Positions 18,500-28,219 of a stretch of 46,446 nucleotides of DNA are shown here, in pieces (within the stretch, counting starts at the first letter, position 1; every line of letters starts with the position of its first letter). The DNA is from Pseudomonadota bacterium (GTDB lineage: Bacteria; Bdellovibrionota; Bdellovibrionia; Bdellovibrionales; SG-bin7). The stretch is taken from assembly GCA_034439715.1 (NCBI GenBank), contig JAWXAY010000006.1, positions 1 through 46,446 on the forward strand, in the 5' to 3' direction. The notes beneath the pieces were generated by a model. The model had not been told where the DNA came from. It did not search any database and worked only from the letters and a program-made list of their open reading frames with translations. The position numbers and the translations under genes are program-made.

Positions 18500-19314
18500 C
18501 AAACAAAAAAGTGGGATTTATTGGAGTAGGAAGCATGGGAGGAGCAATTTTGAAGGCATTACTTCGTGCCAAAGTTATATTGCCAGAAAATGCTTGGGCG
18601 ACAAATCGCAGTCCCGGAAAGCTCACCAAAATTTCAGATGAATTTCCGATTCACGTGGCGCGAACTAACGAAGAATTGGTTGAAAACGTCGATGTGGTCT
18701 TTGTTTGCGTAAAGCCGCAAGACCTGCTGGATGTATTAGAGCCTCTTTCGACTCTTATTCCAGCGAGCAGCGTGGTTATTAGTATCGCTGCAGGAATTGG
18801 CATTAAAGAAATAAAAAAAATTCTTCACAACAGTCCCCAGGTTGTCAGAGTCATGCCAAATACACCTGTTGAGATTGGTAAAGCCGTGGTGGGATATGCC
18901 GTTGGTAATGACGCTACAGTAGCAGAGTCGGTGGTAATTGAGCTCTTAAAGCCATTGGGACTTTTGGTGCCAGTTACTGAAGGAGATATGTTAGAAGGGC
19001 TCACTGTTTCATGCGCCAGTGGTACCGGTTTTGTGTTTGAGCTTATGCTCTATTGGCAAGAGTGGATTGAGGGCTACGGTTTTGAGCCAGAGACGGCAAA
19101 AAAAATGGCGGTGCAAACGTTTTTGGGCGCGGCTTTGCAAGCCGAGAATAGTATTGGCCAATCCCTTGAAAATCTACAAGCTCGAGTGGTTTCAAAAAAA
19201 GGCATCACAACGGCCGGATTAGAATCAATGCGTGAATTAGACATAGAACGCGCTTTAAGGGTAAGTTTTGAAAAAGCAATTCTGCGCGATCGCGAATTGG
19301 GCAAGAGAATCTAA
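18496..19314 (+). CDS. proC: Pyrroline-5-carboxylate reductase
   Basis: GFIGVGSMG, CVKPQ, ISIAAG, VRVMPNTP; follows yggS. Confidence 0.9.
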   Translation: MTNKKVGFIGVGSMGGAILKALLRAKVILPENAWATNRSPGKLTKISDEFPIHVARTNEELVENVDVVFVCVKPQDLLDVLEPLSTLIPASSVVISIAAGIGIKEIKKILHNSPQVVRVMPNTPVEIGKAVVGYAVGNDATVAESVVIELLKPLGLLVPVTEGDMLEGLTVSCASGTGFVFELMLYWQEWIEGYGFEPETAKKMAVQTFLGAALQAENSIGQSLENLQARVVSKKGITTAGLESMRELDIERALRVSFEKAILRDRELGKRI

Positions 19315-19802
19315 TGGCGACTTTATTTTTATTTCTGTTGCTGTTTTTTTTGAGTTTAGGATTTGCTGAAGAAAAAAAGGGCGAGGCCCTGCAGCAATTT
19401 ATTTTAGAAAATACAAAGGTCACGACCACCGAAACAATTGTAGAGGTCGGCGGCAAAAAGTTTCGCAAATTAGAAGTTGAGGGCAAGACCTATTCTTTTC
19501 AGCTTTACAGTCCTACAGATACTGACGCCAATTTGGAATTTCGCTGTGAAAAAGAGGGTTACCTCGATGAGAAACCGAGAGTTTTAGTGGCGCGCAAGGT
19601 TACAAAGAGAACAAAGCTTTTTGTCGAAGGATTAAAAATAACCTGTGATCGCTCAGAAAAACATAATGGTCGCGGAGTGCTCGGAATCGATCCAGCAATC
19701 CAAATTGGCTTTATGCTGCCCGAAGATCCCGCTGACTTAATTAAAAACAAAAAAATCTATATTACCCCTTTTGGGGGCGCTGGATTTTACGGCGAGTGGT
19801 AG
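19314..19802 (+). CDS. Hypothetical secreted protein
   Basis: TAATG coupling to proC; hydrophobic signal peptide ending GFA; ends GFYGEW. Confidence 0.7.
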   Translation: MATLFLFLLLFFLSLGFAEEKKGEALQQFILENTKVTTTETIVEVGGKKFRKLEVEGKTYSFQLYSPTDTDANLEFRCEKEGYLDEKPRVLVARKVTKRTKLFVEGLKITCDRSEKHNGRGVLGIDPAIQIGFMLPEDPADLIKNKKIYITPFGGAGFYGEW

Positions 19803-19822
19803 TTTTCTTTTCTTTTGTGAAG

Positions 19823-20144
19823 TAACAATACTGCCCCAAGCAATTTTACTAAGTTGACGCCGCCACTTATTGATCTTTCGCTTTCTTCGACACTAACAAT
19901 ACTGCCCCGACGTGCTTGGCCAGAAATTTGGAAAACCAATAACTGATTTATATTTACTGTCTGCACCTGAGCTTGAGTGGCTGTAAAGGGGACGCGACAG
20001 TGATTTTAGAGTCAGATCTTTATCGCACGTCCGATCGACGGTCTGATGTCCGCCTCTTACGCCAAAGAAATTAGTCTAAAGCTATAATTTTGCATTTCAC
20101 CCATGTACGGCCTTTGCAGTATCTGCACATAACAATACTGCCCC
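19823..20144 (+). repeat. Three exact 15-bp direct repeats TAACAATACTGCCCC
   Basis: Copies at 19823-19837, 19894-19908 and 20130-20144, separated by 56 and 221 nt of unique sequence. Confidence 0.95.
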
Positions 20145-20192
20145 ATAAACAAAAAAATGAATTAGGCAGAAGCAAAGAAGGCAGGAGAGAAT

Positions 20193-20708
20193 ATGGCAAA
20201 GCAGCTCGAATTTTTTAAGTGTGAGAAACGAAGGCTTCTACACGGCGGTGAAATTGGTGTCGGGAAAAGAAAGGGCCGAAGGCCCTTGGATGTTAGAAAA
20301 CCACTTCATGTGGTTTTAAGATCTGAAAAAGCAAAGGGAAGACTAAGTTTACGAAATCACCAGACGGCAATAAATAAAATACTAAAGCGTTTTGCAGAAA
20401 AGTCTCGAGTTTCAATTTACCAAAAAGCCATTGTCGGTAATCACATTCACCTTTTAATACGTGCTAAAACGCGAAAAGAGATCCAGAACTTCTTTAGAAC
20501 AATCGCTGCGCTTATTGCCAGGCATGTCACAAATGCGAGGAAGGGTAAACCCTTTGGAAGGTTCTGGTCGTACCTGATTTTTTCAAGACTACTAAGTTCA
20601 TGGGGAAAGGAATTCGAAAAGGTTAGGGCTTACATTGTAAAAAACACTTTAGAGGCCACCGGCATGATGCCCTATGTACCAAGGGGCCCGAGAAGAGGCG
20701 TGACCTAA
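20193..20708 (+). mobile_element. HUH/Y1 tyrosine transposase-like protein (IS200/RAYT superfamily), stand-alone
   Basis: PLHVVLRS, GNHIHLLI (HUH), RFW...FSR, RAYIVKN (putative catalytic Tyr); AGGAG RBS; no tnpB. Confidence 0.8.
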
Positions 20709-20728
20709 GTCCAGTTCTTCAATTCGTC

Positions 20729-20757
20729 TTGCAACCAAATGACACCTCCCATAGTCT
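20729..20757 (+). promoter_or_regulatory. sigma70-type promoter of divIVA
   Basis: TTGCAA-N17-TAGTCT, followed by GGGAGG RBS and ATG 20779. Confidence 0.5.
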
Positions 20758-20778
20758 TAATCATATAGGGAGGGCTTT

Positions 20779-21276
20779 ATGAAAATAGCTCCAATCGATA
20801 TTGCTCACAAAACTTTCGGCCGTAAGATTATGGGCCTTGATCCAGATGATGTTAAAAATTTTCTGCAGGAAGTGTCGCAGGAGATGGAACAATTAGTCCG
20901 CGAGCGAAATCAGTTTCGAGAGACTCTCCGCGAAAAAGAAATGGTCATTCTCGATTATCGTGACCGCGATGACATGCTAAAGAAAACGATGGAAACCGCC
21001 ACCTATATGACTGAAAAACTACGCGTCGATGCGGAGCGAGAGGCCAAACTTATTATTAATGATGCCAAACAAAAATCAGACTTGATCATTCGTGACTCCC
21101 GCGATTCTTTAAAGAAAGCCTATAATGAAATTTCAAACTTGAAGCGCGCTCGCGTGCAGTTTGAAAATAATTTAAAAGCGTTAGCTCAGGCTCATTTGTC
21201 GATGCTCGCTCAAGGGGATAAGTATATGCCTGAGCCGATGCTACCCGAGCACGATATGGCCGCCGAAGCCAAGTAA
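20779..21276 (+). CDS. divIVA: DivIVA cell division/polarity protein
   Basis: MKIAPIDIAHKTFGRKIMGLDPDDVKNFL N-terminal domain followed by coiled coil (AEREAKLIINDAKQKS). Confidence 0.9.
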   Translation: MKIAPIDIAHKTFGRKIMGLDPDDVKNFLQEVSQEMEQLVRERNQFRETLREKEMVILDYRDRDDMLKKTMETATYMTEKLRVDAEREAKLIINDAKQKSDLIIRDSRDSLKKAYNEISNLKRARVQFENNLKALAQAHLSMLAQGDKYMPEPMLPEHDMAAEAK

Positions 21277-21306
21277 GCCAGTCAAGTTTAGTGAAAAATT
21301 AAAAAG

Positions 21307-21768
21307 CTAAGTAAGGTATTTGACAATATCTTCGAAGCTTTCGAAATTTTTTTCCGAGTCGGCCCAGCCGTCGAGGCCATATGCCGCGTGAATATAATCA
21401 ATGCCTGCCATTTTTGCGGCTTGGATGTCAGGAAAACTATCCCCAACATAAAGTGCTAATTTAATACTATTTCGATTTATAATGTCTTTAATATTTTCGG
21501 ACTTACTAAGTCCGGTGTTACCTAGACACTCCCAATCTTTAAAATAGCTTCGCATATCATCGGTATCTAAAAAGTTTGAAAGCATTTTATTGTCGCAGTT
21601 ACTCACTATAAAGAGTGGATAGGCATCCTTTAATATTTTTAAGCCCACCGCTAGGCCATCCACAAATGCGGGTCGTGCCGAGGCAAAATATCCCGGTTTT
21701 TGCATGGTACCTTCGAGATCAAGTATAATTCCGTCGTAGTTTTTAGAAAGTGTTTCAATAATATTCAA
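21307..21768 (-). CDS. Short HAD-family hydrolase
   Basis: IILDLEGT (motif I variant), IVSN, K, YVGDS..DIQAA..AG; cap domain appears absent. Confidence 0.7.
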   Translation of the reverse strand: MNIIETLSKNYDGIILDLEGTMQKPGYFASARPAFVDGLAVGLKILKDAYPLFIVSNCDNKMLSNFLDTDDMRSYFKDWECLGNTGLSKSENIKDIINRNSIKLALYVGDSFPDIQAAKMAGIDYIHAAYGLDGWADSEKNFESFEDIVKYLT

Positions 21769-21770
21769 AA

Positions 21771-22742
21771 TTATTTGATTTCCTCAAATAAATTTTGGTC
21801 TTCGTCCTCGGTTTGTTCTCGAAACTGCTTCTGTTTGCTTTGAGATTTTGGTTTTACTTTTTTTCCATCCTGCAGGATATCGCGAACCTCCAACGTACTG
21901 CCGAAATCCCAGCTCGCAGAAAGCATAAATGAAAGCCCATTGGCCACCCGACGCCCCCTGACCGGTAGGCTAACTTGAGCTCCAGTTTTAAATGTTTCGG
22001 AGGTGACGAAATTCGAGCCTAAAGTAAATTCAATCATTTCGGGGTTTACACTATAGAACTTGTAACTTCCTGCATTTGTCCGATCGGTCACAATCCAGCG
22101 ATTCTGAGGCGTTTCCACGTTTTTATCATCCCTAAACGGAGCTGTATTACAAATATCAGCGTAAACGGAAAAATCAGAAAGTTGGTATTTGAGGCCTAAG
22201 CGCAATAAATAAAACCAAGCTCGATCGTCTGACATTATTTTGGTTCCGACATAGGCGTACGGAAAAAATGTTTTTAATTTAATCAGAGACCACAGGCCTA
22301 AATTGAGAGAGTGAGCATGTTCCGACATTAAAACTTCGTCGCCATAGGGGTCTACGGCCGAAGTAGCAAGGCTCAACAAGACATCGGGAATCAGTGAAAT
22401 ATATTTTCTCTCGAAAAAATATCTAGTGCCGACAAAGACTTCGGAAAAATTTAAATTTGAACGATCTTCATTACCCCGGGTGCTTTGAGAATAAGCAAAG
22501 TCGCCACCGGCCAGCACCTGAAGACTATTGAGCCAACTATAGTAAATCGACGTGCGCGTGGTGAGGTTCGTAAACTTGCTGCCATTGCCAAGAGAAATCT
22601 TTTGCCCATCATTGTTTAGATTTTCAGTTGACGAAAAATAATTGGGTTGAATTTTGAGATGATATTCGTAAGCCAAAGGCTCAGGTAATTGAGCATATGA
22701 AACCTGAAAAAAGGAAAATAAAAGTGAAAGTAGGGGTTGCAT
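21771..22742 (-). CDS. Hypothetical exported protein, probable outer-membrane beta-barrel (start revised to ATG 22742)
   Basis: Signal peptide MQPLLSLLFSFFQVSYA; many amphipathic aromatic strands ending SASWDF; charged tail. Confidence 0.65.
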   Translation of the reverse strand: MQPLLSLLFSFFQVSYAQLPEPLAYEYHLKIQPNYFSSTENLNNDGQKISLGNGSKFTNLTTRTSIYYSWLNSLQVLAGGDFAYSQSTRGNEDRSNLNFSEVFVGTRYFFERKYISLIPDVLLSLATSAVDPYGDEVLMSEHAHSLNLGLWSLIKLKTFFPYAYVGTKIMSDDRAWFYLLRLGLKYQLSDFSVYADICNTAPFRDDKNVETPQNRWIVTDRTNAGSYKFYSVNPEMIEFTLGSNFVTSETFKTGAQVSLPVRGRRVANGLSFMLSASWDFGSTLEVRDILQDGKKVKPKSQSKQKQFREQTEDEDQNLFEEIK

Positions 22743-22820
22743 AAGACAAACGATGTTCTCATTTGCAGTACAATGCGTCAACCTATGACTCATGGGCCTG
22801 AGTGAGATTAGACTTTTATC

Positions 22821-23543
22821 ATGTTCAAAAAGTATTCTCTTTGTGTTGTCATACTTTTTTTAGGGCTGAAGGCATGGCCCCTTCCTTCACACATACTTTT
22901 GTTGCCTGATGTGAAAGCGCTGCGCGATGATACCTGCCGGGCAGAGTTGCAAAATCAGATGTCTCTCTATCACAAAACTAGCGACGTTCCGGGGCAGTTT
23001 TTTGAAATGAGTACCGGTATTAGTTGTGGATTTTATAGCCATAATGAAATCAGGCTTGAGGGCGGGGTTGATTGGCGGGAGGGACACGACCACGATGTGG
23101 AAACGCCAAGCGATGCTTTGCAGGGTCATGTTCAGGCACAATTTTTTGATATTGACGAAAGAAACTGGGGTCTTTCGGCCGGCATTCATTCTTTGGGAGT
23201 TCACTCAGGAATCAATGACTATAATGTTGCATACGTTATGGCCCAACACCAAGGCGGCACTTATCGTTTTGGCTTGGGTGGGTATACGGGTAATACCAAG
23301 TTATTGGTTAATGATATTGGCGCGGCTGATTCTCAAGGAATAATGGTCGGCGCCTGGAAAAAAGTAGATGGTGGTGATCTCGCGCTAGAACTCCAAACTG
23401 GTCGCAACCGTATTGGGTATTTTTTTATTGGCGGTCGTAAAATAGTGGCACAGCGAACTTTTTTGTCTGCGGGGTACGGCAAAGCCAACAACTCAAATCT
23501 TATGCGAGACTGGGCCCTGGTTAATTTAGGATTTGTTTTTTGA
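22821..23543 (+). CDS. Hypothetical outer-membrane beta-barrel protein
   Basis: Signal peptide; Gly/aromatic strands; terminal VNLGFVF beta-signal. Confidence 0.7.
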   Translation: MFKKYSLCVVILFLGLKAWPLPSHILLLPDVKALRDDTCRAELQNQMSLYHKTSDVPGQFFEMSTGISCGFYSHNEIRLEGGVDWREGHDHDVETPSDALQGHVQAQFFDIDERNWGLSAGIHSLGVHSGINDYNVAYVMAQHQGGTYRFGLGGYTGNTKLLVNDIGAADSQGIMVGAWKKVDGGDLALELQTGRNRIGYFFIGGRKIVAQRTFLSAGYGKANNSNLMRDWALVNLGFVF

Positions 23544-24748
23544 GTCCACTTTTAGTTATTTTTATCACTGTATTTTTGGATCTCGTCGGGTTTGGAATTA
23601 TTATTCCTTTAAGCCCGTTTTTGTCGCGTGAATTCAATGCTGACCCTGTGCAAATTGGTTGGCTAATGTCGATCTATTCTCTGATGCAGTTCATTTTCGC
23701 GCCAATTTGGGGGCGCCTCAGTGATCGAATAGGTCGGCGACCTATTATGTTGTTTAGCCTGTTTGGCGGAGCTCTTTCTTATTTGATTTTCGCTTTTGCC
23801 ACTTCATTCTCCGGACTATTTATTGCACGTCTTTTTGCGGGAATCTGCGCAGCGAATATTTCGACCGCTATGGCATACATCGCAGACATTACCCATGAAA
23901 AGGATCGTTCTAAAAATATGGGGCTCATTGGTGCTGCATTTGGATTGGGATTTATTTTTGGACCAGTGATAAGTGGTCTTTCTATGGAAATTGGTTTCAA
24001 AATTAATTCTCGTCCCCCATTTGGAATGAATTTTCCTGCTCTTATTGCCTCGGGACTTTGTTTTTTAAATTTCTTATTGGCCTTTAAAATATTAAAAGAA
24101 AGCTTGCCTCCTGAAAAAAGAGGCCAGGCTCCAGCTCGCGCCTCGCGTATTAAAAATGCTCTGAAACATTTAAGCCGACCAGTCGTGGGACCATTGATCT
24201 TAGTATTTTTCTTGTGTGGCCTTGGGATGGCTCACATGGAAAGCAATCTTTTTCTATACGTGAGTGATATATTTAATTGGAGCAATAAAAAAGCGAGTTT
24301 TGGTTTTGCCTACGTCGGAATTATAATGGTAATTACCCAGGGTTATCTGATTCGAAAGCTTTTGCCAAAATGGGGAGAAAGAATACTTTTGCCTATGGGA
24401 TTATTTATGATGGTCATTGGACTTGCGGGGATAGGGATTTCGAATTCTGTTGGAGTGTTAGCTGTGATTATGACAATATTAGCTCTAGGAAATGGCTTTA
24501 CAAACCCGTCAGTTTTGGGCGGAATTAGCTTAATGTCTGACAGTCGAGAACAGGGCGAAGTGATGGGTGTGACACATAGCCTCGCCTCGCTCGCTCGAAT
24601 TCTGGGGCCGCCATTGGGGGGATGGTACTATAAGCATTTCTCACCTTCAGCCCCATTTTTTGTTGCTGGAATCATGGTGTTCGTTGCCTTAATAATTGTT
24701 AGCTTACTGATCAGTAAAATTCCTAATTCCGGTCGCCAAAATCATTGA
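23540..24748 (+). CDS. MFS transporter, DHA1/TetA-like
   Basis: FLDLVGFGIIIP; GRLSDRIGRRP motif A; AYIADIT; GAAFGLGFIFGP motif C. Confidence 0.9.
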   Translation: MSPLLVIFITVFLDLVGFGIIIPLSPFLSREFNADPVQIGWLMSIYSLMQFIFAPIWGRLSDRIGRRPIMLFSLFGGALSYLIFAFATSFSGLFIARLFAGICAANISTAMAYIADITHEKDRSKNMGLIGAAFGLGFIFGPVISGLSMEIGFKINSRPPFGMNFPALIASGLCFLNFLLAFKILKESLPPEKRGQAPARASRIKNALKHLSRPVVGPLILVFFLCGLGMAHMESNLFLYVSDIFNWSNKKASFGFAYVGIIMVITQGYLIRKLLPKWGERILLPMGLFMMVIGLAGIGISNSVGVLAVIMTILALGNGFTNPSVLGGISLMSDSREQGEVMGVTHSLASLARILGPPLGGWYYKHFSPSAPFFVAGIMVFVALIIVSLLISKIPNSGRQNH

Positions 24749-24781
24749 TTTTTAATCCAAAGGTGTGAAACTATAGCCTCA

Positions 24782-27457
24782 ATGAACAGCGAAGAGCTCT
24801 CCGACCGCTATGCTCCTGAAGAAGTTGAATCCCGTATTTATAAATGGTGGGAGGAGCGGGGATTTTTTAATGCCGACGATGCTTCAATCAAGCCACCCTA
24901 TTGCATTATTCTTCCTCCTCCAAATGTGACTGGTTCATTGCATTTAGGTCACGCTCTAGATCATAGTATCCAAGATTGTCTCATTCGCTGGAAAAGAATG
25001 TCGGGCTTTAATGCTCTTTGGCTCCCTGGCACAGATCATGCGGGTATAGCCACGCAGAATGTGGTCGAAAAAGAATTAAAAAAAGAAAAACTTACGCGGC
25101 AAATATTGGGTCGAGAAAAATTCTTAGAGCGCGTTTGGGCTTGGAAAGACCAATACGGCAGCCGTATTATCGAACAAATGAAGCGCTTGGGTGATTCCTG
25201 CGATTGGCGACGTCATGTATTTACCATGGACGAAAGTGTTTCTCGGTCTGTGCGTAAAGTTTTTGTTACACTCTATCAAAATAAAAAAATCTATCAAGGT
25301 GAGCGCCTGATTAACTGGTGCCCCCGCTGTGAGACCGCACTTTCTGATCTAGAGGTAGAACACAGAGATTCAAAGGGAAGTCTGTGGCACATCGCCTATC
25401 CGATTATTGGCACTATGGATACGTTAATCGTAGCCACCACCCGACCAGAAACCATGCTCGGCGATGCTGCTATATGTGTGCACCCTGATGATGTTCGTTA
25501 CAAAGATCTTATTGGTAAAATAGTGCAGTTACCTCTTACCGATCGCCAAATTCCAATTATAGCTGACAAATATGTGGATCAAGAGTTTGGCAGCGGAGCT
25601 TTAAAAATAACTCCTGCCCATGATTTTAACGACTATAAAATTGGCCAGACTCATAAGTTAGCAATCATTAATATTTTAACTCCTCAAGGTACTCTCAATG
25701 ATTTGGTGCCAGAGAAGTTTCGAAAACTCAGCGTGCCAGAAGCCCGCAAAAAGATTGTTGAGGCTCTAAAAGAACAAGGCTTTTTAAAAAAAGAAGAGGG
25801 CCACAATCTTTCTGTAGGTCGCTGCTCTCGTTGTGAATCGGTGGTTGAACCATTTTTATCGAAGCAATGGTTTGTGGCTATACAGGATCTTGCCGCCGGC
25901 GCAAAGCGTGTTGTTGAAAACGGTACCACATCTTTTGTACCCGAAAATTGGACTAAAACTTACCTGCATTGGCTTGGAAAAATTGAAGACTGGTGTATCT
26001 CACGACAGTTATGGTGGGGGCATCGTATTCCGGCCTGGAGCTGTGCCGAATGTAAACATGTGACCGTGTCAATGGATGATCCCAGTCAATGTGAATCCTG
26101 TGGCAATGCTGAAATTACTCAAGACGAAGATGTTCTGGACACTTGGTTTAGTTCGGCGCTTTGGCCATTTAGCACATTGGGTTGGCCCGATGAATCTGAA
26201 GCACTTAAAACGTTTTATCCTACGGATGTATTAGTGACTGGCCACGACATCATTTTCTTTTGGGTAGCCCGAATGATCATGATGGGACTGGATTTTAAAA
26301 AAGACGTGCCATTTAGAACAGCTTACATTCATGGTCTTATTCGTGATTCTCAGGGCCGAAAGATGTCTAAGTCACTGGGTAATTCTGTTGATCCCGTTGA
26401 AGCCATCGAGAAGTACGGTGCCGATGCTTTGCGCTTTACCCTTTTATCGAGCGTTGCCAGCGGGCGAGATCTAAAATTTACCGTCGATAAACTCGAGATC
26501 AATCGTAACTTCATGAATAAAATTTGGAATGCAACTCGATTTTCATTAACGGCCTTAAAAGATTTTGTTCCCCCTAAAGAGGAATTGCCGTCAAAATCCT
26601 ATTTGTCAGTGTCCGATCAATGGATTACCTATCGTTTGGGTGAAGTTGAAAAAGAAATGGACGATAGCCTTTCGAACTTTAAGTTTTCTGAGGCGGCTCA
26701 ATCAATTTACAGTTTTGTATGGCATGATTTCTGCGATTGGTATTTAGAGTTTATTAAGCCAATCATATACGGTCCTGATAATCAGGATAAAAAATCAACT
26801 CAATTAGTTTTAGCCCACACGCTCAATCGAGTCATGCGCTTGCTTCACCCATTTGTGCCGTTTATTACGGAGGCTATTTATCAAAAGCTTCCGATCAGAA
26901 ACGATGCGCTTATTATCGATAAATACCCCACTCCTGCCAATGATCGAAACTGGTTAGCTTTAGGCTCTGAAAAAGCGGCGTTTGAAATGGAACTAGTGAA
27001 AGAAGTAATCACAGCCATCCGAAATATTCGTGGTGAAAACCGCATTAAGCCTGGCGAAAAAATTACTGCCAAGATCAACCCCTCTGATGCCGAAGCCCAG
27101 AAAATTCTTGGTAATAATAAATCCTTTATTATGAATCTTGCCCGTCTTAGCGAATGTGAAATCGGTCCCATATCGGATCGGCAAAAATGTGCGGTGACGT
27201 TAGTGAGTAGGGGCGAAGCTAAAATTGAAGTCGTAGTTCCCCTTATCGGTCTGGTCGACTTTGATGAAGAAATTAATCGTATTAAAAAGAATATCGAAAA
27301 AATTCAGAAAGAGATTCAGTCACTCAACAAAAAACTGGGCAATGAAGAATACGTTAGAAACGCTCCTGGCGATGTTGTTGAAAAGGACCGCGAACTTGTC
27401 ATGCAAAACAAAAGTCAGCTCAATAGTCTGCAAGAGAGTTTAGCGAGATTGCAGTGA
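24782..27457 (+). CDS. valS: Valine--tRNA ligase
   Basis: PPPNVTGSLHLGH, DHAGIATQ, DWCISRQLWWGH, KMSKS, C-terminal coiled coil. Confidence 0.98.
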   Translation: MNSEELSDRYAPEEVESRIYKWWEERGFFNADDASIKPPYCIILPPPNVTGSLHLGHALDHSIQDCLIRWKRMSGFNALWLPGTDHAGIATQNVVEKELKKEKLTRQILGREKFLERVWAWKDQYGSRIIEQMKRLGDSCDWRRHVFTMDESVSRSVRKVFVTLYQNKKIYQGERLINWCPRCETALSDLEVEHRDSKGSLWHIAYPIIGTMDTLIVATTRPETMLGDAAICVHPDDVRYKDLIGKIVQLPLTDRQIPIIADKYVDQEFGSGALKITPAHDFNDYKIGQTHKLAIINILTPQGTLNDLVPEKFRKLSVPEARKKIVEALKEQGFLKKEEGHNLSVGRCSRCESVVEPFLSKQWFVAIQDLAAGAKRVVENGTTSFVPENWTKTYLHWLGKIEDWCISRQLWWGHRIPAWSCAECKHVTVSMDDPSQCESCGNAEITQDEDVLDTWFSSALWPFSTLGWPDESEALKTFYPTDVLVTGHDIIFFWVARMIMMGLDFKKDVPFRTAYIHGLIRDSQGRKMSKSLGNSVDPVEAIEKYGADALRFTLLSSVASGRDLKFTVDKLEINRNFMNKIWNATRFSLTALKDFVPPKEELPSKSYLSVSDQWITYRLGEVEKEMDDSLSNFKFSEAAQSIYSFVWHDFCDWYLEFIKPIIYGPDNQDKKSTQLVLAHTLNRVMRLLHPFVPFITEAIYQKLPIRNDALIIDKYPTPANDRNWLALGSEKAAFEMELVKEVITAIRNIRGENRIKPGEKITAKINPSDAEAQKILGNNKSFIMNLARLSECEIGPISDRQKCAVTLVSRGEAKIEVVVPLIGLVDFDEEINRIKKNIEKIQKEIQSLNKKLGNEEYVRNAPGDVVEKDRELVMQNKSQLNSLQESLARLQ

Positions 27458-28215
27458 AGCTAGTGTCTTGGAACGTCAATGGCGTGAGATCTGTAACTCG
27501 TTACGGGTTTTTCGACTGGCTTGCTAAATTTTCTCCGGATGTTTTGTGCCTCCAAGAAACCAAGGCCCAGAAGGATCAACTCTCTCAAGAAATCATTAGC
27601 CCCTTAAAATATGGATCACATTGGCACTCAGCGGTTGCCAAGGGCTATAGCGGTGTCTCAATGTATTTCAAAAAAGAACCGCTAAATATTATAGAAGGAA
27701 TAGGTAACAAAGAAATCGATAGCGAAGGTCGGGTGTTAACCCTGGAGTATAAAGATTTTTTTCTAGTAAATGCTTACTTTCCCAATAGTGGCCGGGATCA
27801 CGCAAGGCTTCCTTACAAGCTCAAGTTTTGTAAAGAAATTTTAATTTTCCTCAATAAACTAAAAAAAAAGAATAAACATGTAGTTATTTGCGGTGACTTC
27901 AATATTGCTCACAAAGAGATGGACCTGGCTAATCCAAAATCAAACATGAAGAACGCTGGTTTTTTGCCCCAAGAACGGGCGTGGATGGATGAGTTCATCA
28001 AGAAGGATTATATTGATGTATATCGACATTTTAGCCAAGATATTGGAAGCTACACTTGGTGGAGTTATCGCCCAGGAGTGCGCGAGCGAAATATAGGATG
28101 GCGCCTTGATTACTTCTGTTCAGATATTGATTTTGCCGATCGTATCGAAAGTATGCTACATTTGACACAAATAAAAGGATCTGACCACTGCCCCGTGGTC
28201 ATAAAGTTGAAATAG
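27454..28215 (+). CDS. xth: Exodeoxyribonuclease III
   Basis: SWNVNG, LCLQETK, GYSGV, GDFNIAH, YTWWSYR, GWRLDY, SDHCP. Confidence 0.95.
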   Translation: MKLVSWNVNGVRSVTRYGFFDWLAKFSPDVLCLQETKAQKDQLSQEIISPLKYGSHWHSAVAKGYSGVSMYFKKEPLNIIEGIGNKEIDSEGRVLTLEYKDFFLVNAYFPNSGRDHARLPYKLKFCKEILIFLNKLKKKNKHVVICGDFNIAHKEMDLANPKSNMKNAGFLPQERAWMDEFIKKDYIDVYRHFSQDIGSYTWWSYRPGVRERNIGWRLDYFCSDIDFADRIESMLHLTQIKGSDHCPVVIKLK

Positions 28216-28219
28216 AATT

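Noticed and set aside
19912..19986. 24-codon GTG ORF in the second spacer
   Set aside because: No RBS, and an open frame of this length is expected by chance
19823..20144. CRISPR array
   Set aside because: Repeat is only 15 bp, spacers are very unequal (56 and 221 nt), and no cas genes are present; kept as a non-CRISPR repeat finding
20193..20708. Canonical IS200/IS605 element with TnpB
   Set aside because: No tnpB and no matching subterminal hairpins identified at both ends
23540..24748. Acquired tetracycline resistance gene
   Set aside because: No tetR or mobile context; sits in a core region before valS; substrate cannot be inferred
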